DNA of 45,507 bases from Candidatus Kaiserbacteria bacterium RIFCSPLOWO2_01_FULL_50_24 (GTDB lineage Bacteria; Patescibacteriota; Minisyncoccia; Phycocordibacterales; UBA2100): positions 1-45,507 of the forward strand of contig MFLU01000019.1 of NCBI GenBank assembly GCA_001783335.1, written 5' to 3'. Of the stretch, positions 27,746 through 35,507 are shown in pieces; the stretch's first letter is position 1, and the number at the start of each line of letters is the position of its first letter. The notes beneath the pieces were generated by a model, which was given only the letters and a program-made list of their open reading frames with translations, did no database searches and had not been told where the DNA came from. The translations under genes and the position numbers were made by a program.

Positions 27746-27817
27746 GCGCCCATAGCTCAAAGGTTAGAGCTTTCGGCTTATATCCGAAGGATCCTGGTTC
27801 GAGTCCAGGTGGGCGTA
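27746..27817 (+). tRNA. tRNA-Ile(UAU), CCA not encoded
   Basis: cloverleaf: GCGCCCA/TGGGCGT acceptor, TAGCTCAAAGGTTAGAGC D arm, TTCGG-CTTATAT-CCGAA anticodon arm, CCTGG-TTCGAGT-CCAGG T arm, A73. Confidence 0.93.
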
Positions 27818-27976
27818 CAAAAATAGGACTTTCCTAAAACCACTAACGCAACTACTTGCGTTAGTGAACGCGGCAAATGTGTGGCGTGTTGGGCGAAGGA
27901 AGGTGGCGCGTTGACATATACGGCTCGTACACACCCCACCACTTTTCTTTTTCAGTTCCCATGCCACAATGGGGGA

Positions 27977-29518
27977 ATGGCTACGTCATACAATAGTATT
28001 GCGATTGCATTTGCAGTCGTCGTCTTTCTCCTCCTCCCATTTGCTGTTAGCGCGGCAACGGTAAACGTGTCGGCAGGCGATAATTTCTTTTCGCAAAAAA
28101 ATATAACCATCAATCAGGGAGATACGGTTGTGTGGACGAATACCGGCGCTATGATTCATACCGTAACGGCGGATAACAACTCTTTTGACAGCGGTAATCT
28201 TTCGCCGGGGCAAACATACTCTCTTATATTTAATACACCTGGCACATATCCGTATTACTGCAAACCGCACGGCTCTCCCGGGGGCTTGGGCATGGCGGGA
28301 ACGGTGAATGTTGTGGCAGTGGCGACGCCGCCTGTACAAACGTCGTCTGGAACAACGACCGATGTATTGCGCGCGCAAATAGAAGATTTATTAAGACGCG
28401 TTGAAGTATTACAGCAGCGGATTGCGGCGGTGGGCGGCGGTTCTCCGGTTTCAACCAGCGTGGCGCCTTCGTCGGGATTTACATGTCCGCGTGTCGGTGT
28501 CACGCTCCGCCGCGGCTCTACAGGAGAGGACGTAACGCGTCTTCAGCAGTTTCTCGCACTTGATCCAAGCATCTACCCGGAAGGATTAGTAACTGGTTAC
28601 TTTGGAACACTCACTGAGGCGGCGGTGGCGCGTTGGCAAACGCGACACAATATCGTTTCAAGTGGCTCTCCGGAGACGACTGGCTATGGTCAGTATGGTC
28701 CGCGCACAGCGTCCTTGATGGCGGTGAAGTGTCAAGAAGCGAAAATGGGCGCCACCGGAGCGCAAGTGGGAGGGTTTATCAAAGTCTCCCCAATTTCCGG
28801 CAGCGCACCTCTTTCCGTGAATGTTGAGGCAACGATAAATACGACGCGCTCGTGCAACGTTGCAACATACACGGTGAATTTCGGCGATGGCTCACCGGTG
28901 GTTAATATCCCTATTTCTGCCGGTGTGTGCGCGGAGCAGAAGTATACGCTTACTCATATATACCAGTACGGCGGCACATACAGCATGGAACTGCTTGCGG
29001 GTGGCCACAAAACGCAAGCAACGGTTGTTGTTTCGGGCGCATCGCCTCCTCCGACCGTAACGTCTTCCTGTTCGACTGACATTGCCGCGGCGCAAGCAGA
29101 TGCATCTGGGAAGATTTGTACGCAAGTCGTCGCTAACCTTCTTTGTCCGTACAACAACTCCTACGTATACTCTGCGCCGAACGGATGCCAATCCGATTAC
29201 CTAAAGGCGCGGAGTTGGGTGGTAGAGAGCGAGTCAACTCTCACGGTAAAATACGGCGGCATGAGTATTACGCCTGATCCGAGCGGAAATTACCTCACCG
29301 TTGAGGCGTCATTTGACGTGGGCGTATGCGACGGGTACGTACTTTTGTGGGGAGATGGATACACCTCCAATCAGACATCAACCACGTCGTGCTCTTCAAA
29401 TTCCATAACGACAAAAACGCTTTCGCACACCTATTCGGCGGCGGGGACGTACTCCATAGAGCTCACGCGTGCCGACCAGAAAGAACTGGTGGAAGTGGTA
29501 ATCGTCGCCGATTATTAA
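27977..29518 (+). CDS. secreted cupredoxin + peptidoglycan-binding + PKD-like multidomain protein
   Basis: signal peptide; HTVT and YYCKPH..GM type-1 Cu ligands; LRRGSTGEDVTRLQQFL..TGYFGTLTEAAV..WQ; NFGDG/WGDG and HTY..GTY. Confidence 0.85.
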   Translation: MATSYNSIAIAFAVVVFLLLPFAVSAATVNVSAGDNFFSQKNITINQGDTVVWTNTGAMIHTVTADNNSFDSGNLSPGQTYSLIFNTPGTYPYYCKPHGSPGGLGMAGTVNVVAVATPPVQTSSGTTTDVLRAQIEDLLRRVEVLQQRIAAVGGGSPVSTSVAPSSGFTCPRVGVTLRRGSTGEDVTRLQQFLALDPSIYPEGLVTGYFGTLTEAAVARWQTRHNIVSSGSPETTGYGQYGPRTASLMAVKCQEAKMGATGAQVGGFIKVSPISGSAPLSVNVEATINTTRSCNVATYTVNFGDGSPVVNIPISAGVCAEQKYTLTHIYQYGGTYSMELLAGGHKTQATVVVSGASPPPTVTSSCSTDIAAAQADASGKICTQVVANLLCPYNNSYVYSAPNGCQSDYLKARSWVVESESTLTVKYGGMSITPDPSGNYLTVEASFDVGVCDGYVLLWGDGYTSNQTSTTSCSSNSITTKTLSHTYSAAGTYSIELTRADQKELVEVVIVADY

Positions 29519-29573
29519 ATTTCCTATTTCGCGGCGCGGCCTTGTTTATTGGCGTGTAATACCCCGTAGCTTA

Positions 29574-29712
29574 CCCCCACACACTTACTTTGATGTTGTG
29601 TTTTTTATTGCATGTCATGCACGTTTTCAAAAGTTATTTTGTAAAGAGACGGGACGCATAAAGCGTAAGTTCCAAAACACGCATGCAATGACATCAAAGC
29701 AAGTGTCGGGGG
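29574..29712. repeat. family B hairpin element
   Basis: CCCCCACACACTTACTTTGATGT ... ACATCAAAGCAAGTGTCGGGGG. Confidence 0.75.
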
Positions 29713-29742
29713 CTTGTCTCGCGGATCGACGGGCGACCTGTT

Positions 29743-31932
29743 TTATTCCCCATGTATTTCTTGAGATGCTGCTGTGGCGCGCGCCGCCAGCATGGGATTT
29801 TTAGAGAGAGAAGGATTTTCAGCAACCACCCTTCGCGCTTCGGTGCGGGCGGCTTCGATGAGTCGGGGATTCTTTAGCGCCTCCATACCTATATCAGAAA
29901 CACCCCACTGGCTTTTGCCGTAGAGGTCGCCCGCGCCTCGATTCTCAAGGTCGGCTTCGGCGAGTTTGAATCCGTCATCGCCTTTTTCGAGCGCACGCAA
30001 GCGTTTCATTGAAAGCTCACTTTTGGTTTCCGGCAAGAGAAAACACACGGGCGGGTGCTCCGAGCGCATAACTCTGCCGCGTAGTTGATGGAGCTGTGCC
30101 AATCCGAATCGCTCCGCGCCTTCAATGAGGATTGCGGTCGCGTTGGGGACGTTGACACCCACCTCTACCACGGACGTTGCGACGAGAATATCAATTTTTC
30201 CGTCTGCAAAATCCTTCATAACACTCTCTTTGTTCGGTTTTCCGCCGGAGGCGGACCCGCCTTTGGCGGGCATTGCACCGTGAAGAAGGCCGATTTCATA
30301 TTCCGGGAACACTTCCTTTTTTAGCCGCACGGCTTCAGCTTTCGCACTCTTGGCTTGAAGCGCGTTCCATTTCGCGGGGTCAGGCTCTTCCACACGCGGA
30401 CAGATGACGTACGCCTGCCTTCCCGAAGCAAGTTCTCGCCGTATCGCTTCGTATGCACGCTCGCGCTCGCTCGACTTTACGATTATTGTTGTTACTTTCG
30501 CACGGCCGGGCGGTAGTTCATCCAAAACCGAAATGTCCAAGTCGCCGTATATCGTGAGTGCGAGAGTTCTAGGAATGGGTGTGGCGGTCATACTTAGAAA
30601 ATGTGACGCCGAATCTCCTTTGTGCGCAAGCTCTCGTCTTTGCGAAGTGCCAAACCTATGTTGTTCGTCAACGATGCAGAACGCAAGGTGTTGGAACTTA
30701 ACGGATTTTTGTATAAGCGCGTGCGTGCCAACTAGCATTGCGATCTCGCCGTTAGCGACCCATTTCAAGAGTTGCGCACGCGAAATATCGGTCGTCTCTC
30801 CACGCTTCACTTTTGAGGGGAATTTCTTACAAATCTTTCCTGTGATGAGGGCTATGTTTATCGGAAGATGAGAGAAGTATTCTATAAATGTCTGAAAATG
30901 TTGTGTGGCGAGAATCTCTGTTGGTGCCATATAGGCGATCTGGAGGGTGCCCGAAGTTCTCTGTGGAGGACGTGAATGTACGACCGTGTACGCTGTTGCG
31001 GCTGCGACCAGGGTTTTTCCGCTCCCTACATCACCCTCCAAGAGTCGCGCCATCGGGTGGGGTTTCCCAAAATCCACAAGTATTTCGTTGATAGCTCGAC
31101 GTTGTGCTCCTGTCGGGGAAATGTCGAGCGCGGCAAGGAACTTTTCCGCATGTGCCTTTGCGTCGGTAATGGGAAACGAGGCGAGCGTATCGTTCTCCGC
31201 GCGCTCTTTCGCGCGCGATATCTGGAGCACGAATATCTCCTCGAACGCGAATCGTTTTCGTGCAGCTTCCGCCTCGCGCTCGGTTTTCGGTTTGTGCATC
31301 GCGAGGAGCGAACGCGTGAGGTTGGGAAGGTGATAGCGCTCGCGAATGTCGGCAGGGACAGGGTCTTCAAACCGCTTCAGTACGTCGGACGCCAATACTC
31401 GCTCGAGCGCGTGGTAGAACCAGCGTGACGTGACACCACGACTTTCTGGGTAGACCGGAAAATAGCTGCTAGCTCCTAGCTTCAAGCTGCTAGGAGACTC
31501 AAAAATACCTTGCGGCATCGCTCCAGCTGGCACGGCTTCCACTTCGGGGTTTGCGATGTATGGCCGTTCGGCTTTGCCGCCAACGGTGCCACTCAATTTC
31601 ACCACCGATGTTTGTGGCACATAAGATGCCATGTATGGCTGGTTGAACCACATCACCTTGACCTTTCCGGATACATCCTCGAACCACCCCTCGGTTACAT
31701 TGCGTTTGCTTTTCCACAACTTTTTTGCTTTTAGTTTCGTGAGAGCACCTATAAGGGCCACTTTTGTTCCAGGCACGAGTCGCGCCGCTTCTCCAGATGA
31801 ACCCGCGGCCTCATAACGGGCTGGGAAATGATAGAGAAGGTCTCTTACGGTCGCAACATGCAACTTTTTTAGTGCCGATTTCTGGAGTGGCGTAAGGCGA
31901 AAATGATTGTCGAGCATATCTTCGGGCGACAT
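29743..31932 (-). CDS. recG: ATP-dependent DNA helicase RecG
   Basis: RLLEGDVGSGKT, MAPTEILA, DEQHRFG, MTATPIPRTL, QLHQLRGRV; start chosen at ATG 31932. Confidence 0.96.
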   Translation of the reverse strand: MSPEDMLDNHFRLTPLQKSALKKLHVATVRDLLYHFPARYEAAGSSGEAARLVPGTKVALIGALTKLKAKKLWKSKRNVTEGWFEDVSGKVKVMWFNQPYMASYVPQTSVVKLSGTVGGKAERPYIANPEVEAVPAGAMPQGIFESPSSLKLGASSYFPVYPESRGVTSRWFYHALERVLASDVLKRFEDPVPADIRERYHLPNLTRSLLAMHKPKTEREAEAARKRFAFEEIFVLQISRAKERAENDTLASFPITDAKAHAEKFLAALDISPTGAQRRAINEILVDFGKPHPMARLLEGDVGSGKTLVAAATAYTVVHSRPPQRTSGTLQIAYMAPTEILATQHFQTFIEYFSHLPINIALITGKICKKFPSKVKRGETTDISRAQLLKWVANGEIAMLVGTHALIQKSVKFQHLAFCIVDEQHRFGTSQRRELAHKGDSASHFLSMTATPIPRTLALTIYGDLDISVLDELPPGRAKVTTIIVKSSERERAYEAIRRELASGRQAYVICPRVEEPDPAKWNALQAKSAKAEAVRLKKEVFPEYEIGLLHGAMPAKGGSASGGKPNKESVMKDFADGKIDILVATSVVEVGVNVPNATAILIEGAERFGLAQLHQLRGRVMRSEHPPVCFLLPETKSELSMKRLRALEKGDDGFKLAEADLENRGAGDLYGKSQWGVSDIGMEALKNPRLIEAARTEARRVVAENPSLSKNPMLAARATAASQEIHGE
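30241..30270 (-). mobile_element. 30-nt double-hairpin element in frame in recG (PAKGGSASGG)
   Basis: CCCGCCAAAGGCGGG + TCCGCCTCCGGCGGA interrupting LLHGAM-KP. Confidence 0.8.
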
Positions 31933-31940
31933 CTTCAGCA

Positions 31941-32084
31941 GTATACCCCCGACACCTTTCCGCGTCATTGCTTTGTGTTCCTGTTGTTTTACAGACTTCG
32001 GTCGCATGTTGATGAAAGCGCGTTCCCTATTTGACGTTGAGCGGGCAATAGAAACACAAGACGCAGAAAGGTGTGGGGGTATAC
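31941..32084. repeat. family B hairpin element upstream of recG
   Basis: GTATACCCCCGACACCTTTCCGCGTC ... GACGCAGAAAGGTGTGGGGGTATAC. Confidence 0.75.
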
Positions 32085-32391
32085 ATCGCGCTTGTTGTAT
32101 TTTTCCACCCCAAGCGGAGGAGGCGCACCTGTTTGGGAGACTTAACCCCAGCGGAGTCCAGCACCACTTTTGCACTTGGTACTCGGTAACTCCGGTTATA
32201 CGAACGCTTGCGTTTGCGTTTCGTACCACAACAGAACTCTCACTGCAAAAGTGGTGCTGGGCGTGAGCGGTCTCCCAAACAGGTGCGCTGACGGAGCGCC
32301 CACTTGTCCACACCCTCACCTCCACCCCCTTGCCAACCGCAAATCCATGGATATTATGGTCGTGTTAAAAGTTAATCATTAATCTGTTGCT

Positions 32392-32526
32392 ATGTTTTAC
32401 AGCGACGATGAGGATGATGTAAGCGAGGGGGTAGCAGAGGGTGTGTCTCTCGCCGGTCCGGAGGACGAGGACGAGGGTTTTGGCGGTGGAGTGGACACGG
32501 CAGTAAGTGAGAAGGAGTTTGAGTAG
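32392..32526 (+). CDS. 44-aa highly acidic peptide (below ORF-track cutoff)
   Basis: MFYSDDEDDVSEGVAEGVSLAGPEDEDEGFGGGVDTAVSEKEFE*, followed by a strong hairpin. Confidence 0.55.
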   Translation: MFYSDDEDDVSEGVAEGVSLAGPEDEDEGFGGGVDTAVSEKEFE

Positions 32527-32541
32527 TCAAAGTGTAAGGAG

Positions 32542-32597
32542 CAAAAACGCCCCGCCCCAGTTTTGTTTTGAGTCAAAACTGGGGCGGGGCGTTTTTG
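32542..32597. terminator. long hairpin / terminator
   Basis: caaaaacgccccgccccagttttg ... caaaactggggcggggcgtttttg. Confidence 0.7.
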
Positions 32598-32629
32598 TAT
32601 TTTGCATCTATGTGCACTATAGTTCCTCT

Positions 32630-33502
32630 ATGTCACAACACTGTTTTCTCAATGGAAAACTCGTTTCGCTTTCCAAGGCGACGCTGTCGGTGCACGACAT
32701 CGGTGTTCTGCGCGGGTTTGGATTGTTCGAGGCGCTCCGCACGTACAAAAGAAAACCATTTCATCTGGGCGACCACCTTCGGCGTCTCAAAAACGCCGCA
32801 GAACGTTTCAATATTCAAGTTCCAATGTCCGATGCAAAAATCGCGCGAGCGATTGACGCACTCGTCGCAAAAAATGTTTCGAAAAACAAAGAAGCGAATA
32901 TACGGATTATCCTTACGGGAGGTGAGGCGATTCACCTGATTGAATTCCGTCCCGCACACCCCACGTTCTACATTCTCGCCGAAGAATTCAAGCCGCCTCT
33001 CACGCAATACTATCAAAGTGGGTGCACACTTATCGTTCAGGAGTTTCAAAGACAGTTTCCGGAATATAAAACGACGAATTATATACAGGCCGTGTCGCTC
33101 CAAACGAAAATGAAAAAAGCGGGAGCGCTTGAGATTTTGTATGTGTCGGACGGCCTAGTGCGAGAATGTTCCGCAAGCAACATTTTTATCGTAAAGCGCG
33201 GTGTACTCGTAACGCCACACAAAATGATTTTGGAAGGCATTACGCGCAAAGTGGTGATTCAGGAAGCGCGCCGCGCCGGTATCCGTGTTAAAGAGCGCGA
33301 TGTCTCGGTGCAGGAGCTCTATAATGCAGACGAGGCATTCATCGCCTCAAGTTTCAAAGAAATTGTGCCGGTAATCAAAGTCGGTAACCGCAAAATCGGA
33401 AACGGCAAAGTCAGCCCCACAACCACACGCGTTATAGATCTTTTCCGAGCGGCAACACATCTAAACCATCAAGGCCGGACCTTGATAAATGTGGTATTGT
33501 AG
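32630..33502 (+). CDS. PLP-dependent aminotransferase class IV (IlvE/Dat/PabC family)
   Basis: RGFGLFEALR, HLRRL, YKTTNY, ECSASNIF, ILEGITR. Confidence 0.9.
   Translation: MSQHCFLNGKLVSLSKATLSVHDIGVLRGFGLFEALRTYKRKPFHLGDHLRRLKNAAERFNIQVPMSDAKIARAIDALVAKNVSKNKEANIRIILTGGEAIHLIEFRPAHPTFYILAEEFKPPLTQYYQSGCTLIVQEFQRQFPEYKTTNYIQAVSLQTKMKKAGALEILYVSDGLVRECSASNIFIVKRGVLVTPHKMILEGITRKVVIQEARRAGIRVKERDVSVQELYNADEAFIASSFKEIVPVIKVGNRKIGNGKVSPTTTRVIDLFRAATHLNHQGRTLINVVL
33467..33486 (-). repeat. RAYT-associated palindrome, reverse orientation
   Basis: CATCAAGGCCGGACCTTGAT, translated HQGRTLI at the aminotransferase C-terminus. Confidence 0.85.
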
Positions 33503-33512
33503 CATTATGGGG

Positions 33513-34217
33513 ATGAGGTCAATACAGTTCGCGCCCGGTGAATGGTACCACTGCTTCACGCGTGGCGTCGACAAGCGTCGCATTTACATGAACGAAAAAG
33601 ATGCTGAACGCTTTCTTATGTTGCTCTACATATGTAACAACACCAAGCCGGTTCATATCAGTAATCTTTGTCACCCACGTCATCAAGGTCCGGCCTTGAT
33701 GGATGTTTTGAGCTTAAAGCGTCATGCACCCATCGTGGACATTGGTTGCTATTGCCTAATGCCCAATCATCCGCACTTTCTACTACAAGAAAGGGACTAT
33801 GGCGGCATTACCACCTTTATGCAGAAGCTACTTACGGCGTACACGATGTTTTTCAACAAAAAATATGAACGAACTGGAACTCTGCTCTCCGGACGTTTCA
33901 AGGCAGTGCATGTGGAGAGTGATTCGCATTTTAGGAGGGTCGTTAACTATATTCATGCCAACCCCGCGGAGTTGTATGAGCCCAAGTGGAAAGAGGGGAT
34001 CGTTCGCAATGAGATGCAACTAAAGAAGAAGTTGCTTGCATATCCATACTCCAGTTTCCCCGACTACGAAGGTGTTGAGCGGCCGCACAATCTCATTGTG
34101 AATATCAATGCGGCAATGGAACACCTGCATAAAAAACCCTCATACAAGACCCTTATTGACGATGCGCGTACGTTCCACCGACAAGAACGAGATACGCTCA
34201 AGGAGTTGGCGTCCTAA
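33513..34217 (+). mobile_element. REP-associated tyrosine (HUH, Y1) transposase, RAYT/IS200-like
   Basis: YHCFTRG, LMPNHPH (HUH), GRFK, YIHANP catalytic Tyr, YPYSS; flanked by palindromic repeats. Confidence 0.9.
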
Positions 34218-34220
34218 CAC

Positions 34221-34346
34221 TACGCCACTCTCATCAAGGTCCGGTCTTGATGAGAACTACCGGAAGGTCGATGATTTCATGCTAAGGAACGATCATTTCG
34301 CCTTCCATCTTGCGTCACACTCATCAAGGTCCGGCCTTGATGAGAA
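34221..34346 (+). repeat. two 36-nt direct repeats, each containing the palindrome, 54-nt spacer
   Basis: tacgccactctcatcaaggtccggtcttgatgagaa (34221) and tgcgtcacactcatcaaggtccggccttgatgagaa (34311). Confidence 0.85.
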
Positions 34347-34568
34347 TCGCACAGCCGGCGGATCGGTCCCATAACATCGCGCGTGATGAAACTTTTTGCG
34401 GCGACGGCGCAAACCTAGGACTTACGAAACCCTGCATAATTCACTGAGCATTTTCGTTATCCATTCTCCAGATTTTCTCGCCCAGAGCATAAAACACACG
34501 CTTTTGGGTGTCAATAAAAAATCCTCGGCGCGTCTGTATAATGAGCGACGGAAGGAAGAGGAGAACAA

Positions 34569-35207
34569 ATGTCGCAAGAACGAATCTATTCGGCTCGTCC
34601 GATTAACACGTACACAGGGAAGGGTGCCGAGGTTGGGGATGCATATGTGGCATTTCTCAACAATAGATTTCCCGATGCCATTATCGTTGATCCAGGTAAC
34701 CCCAGAGGAGAGATATCGCGGCGAGCCAAAGAGCTCGTGGAACAGAACATGATTGATCCGGCGACGGGCGAGCGGTCGGAAAAATATTTCAGCGAACACG
34801 GCAGTAAATTTGTGATGGCGTATTTTACGGATGAAGTTGTGGAACCATGCACTATCGGTACCGGCCTTTTGCTCCCCGTTCTTCAAGGCGACAGACAAGC
34901 GTATGCGGTGGGTGTGGGCGTTGCTGCTGAAATGAAGAAAATGGATGACCTCCTTCGTCCCACGTGGTTGACCACGTGCACAAAGGTCGACCGAGGATTC
35001 GAATTTGCCATGTATCGCGTAACAAATATTACTCTCGACGAAGGGCGGGGAACTGATACGGTTTCAAAAAAGCCATTGTATCTTTTCCACGCTCGAAGCG
35101 GCGTATTTCACATGCTTTCGGTGAACGAAACGCGTGCGCGGATGTACACGCCGCGACTCGACGGTACATGGGATCGCGACAACCTACAGTCGTACTTTCT
35201 CGACTGA
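34569..35207 (+). CDS. hypothetical protein, possible nucleoside 2-deoxyribosyltransferase-like fold
   Basis: N-terminal RIYSARPI..Y, IVDP, GVGVAAE pattern; SD GAGGAG. Confidence 0.5.
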   Translation: MSQERIYSARPINTYTGKGAEVGDAYVAFLNNRFPDAIIVDPGNPRGEISRRAKELVEQNMIDPATGERSEKYFSEHGSKFVMAYFTDEVVEPCTIGTGLLLPVLQGDRQAYAVGVGVAAEMKKMDDLLRPTWLTTCTKVDRGFEFAMYRVTNITLDEGRGTDTVSKKPLYLFHARSGVFHMLSVNETRARMYTPRLDGTWDRDNLQSYFLD

Positions 35208-35231
35208 ACCACTTGACTTAAGGAGATGTGA

Positions 35232-35447
35232 GTGGAGAAAAAATATAAAGTTCTGAAAAATGGAAGCGAGGTGACGAGTGGTCGGCCGGGAAAATACGCC
35301 GGTTGGCGCCCCGGCAAAATATTCGGCCGCTTGGATTGCAAATCTGGTATGCGAATGAAAAAAGTAAATCGTGTTTTCTTTCTCACATGGGACGATGCCA
35401 TCGCGGCAGGATACCGGCCTTGCAAGAACTGCAAACCGACACCATAA
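35232..35447 (+). CDS. stand-alone Ada-type metal-binding domain protein
   Basis: IFGRLDC...NRVFF..WDDAIAAGYRPCKNCKP; SD AAGGAG before GTG. Confidence 0.85.
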   Translation: MEKKYKVLKNGSEVTSGRPGKYAGWRPGKIFGRLDCKSGMRMKKVNRVFFLTWDDAIAAGYRPCKNCKPTP

Positions 35448-35448
35448 C

Positions 35449-35493
35449 AAAAAATAACGCCCCACCGAAGTTTCTCGGTGGGGCGTAGTCTTT
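35449..35493. terminator. bidirectional terminator
   Basis: acgccccaccga-agtttc-tcggtggggcgt flanked by A and T runs between convergent genes. Confidence 0.75.
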
Positions 35494-35507
35494 TAAAGAA
35501 CAATAGT

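Noticed and set aside
31933-32325. 131-aa N-terminal extension of RecG
   Set aside because: Runs through two family B hairpin elements; RecG similarity and a -10 box point to ATG 31932.
34221-34346. CRISPR array
   Set aside because: Only two repeats, a 54-nt spacer, no cas genes in the window, and the core palindrome is dispersed elsewhere like a REP.
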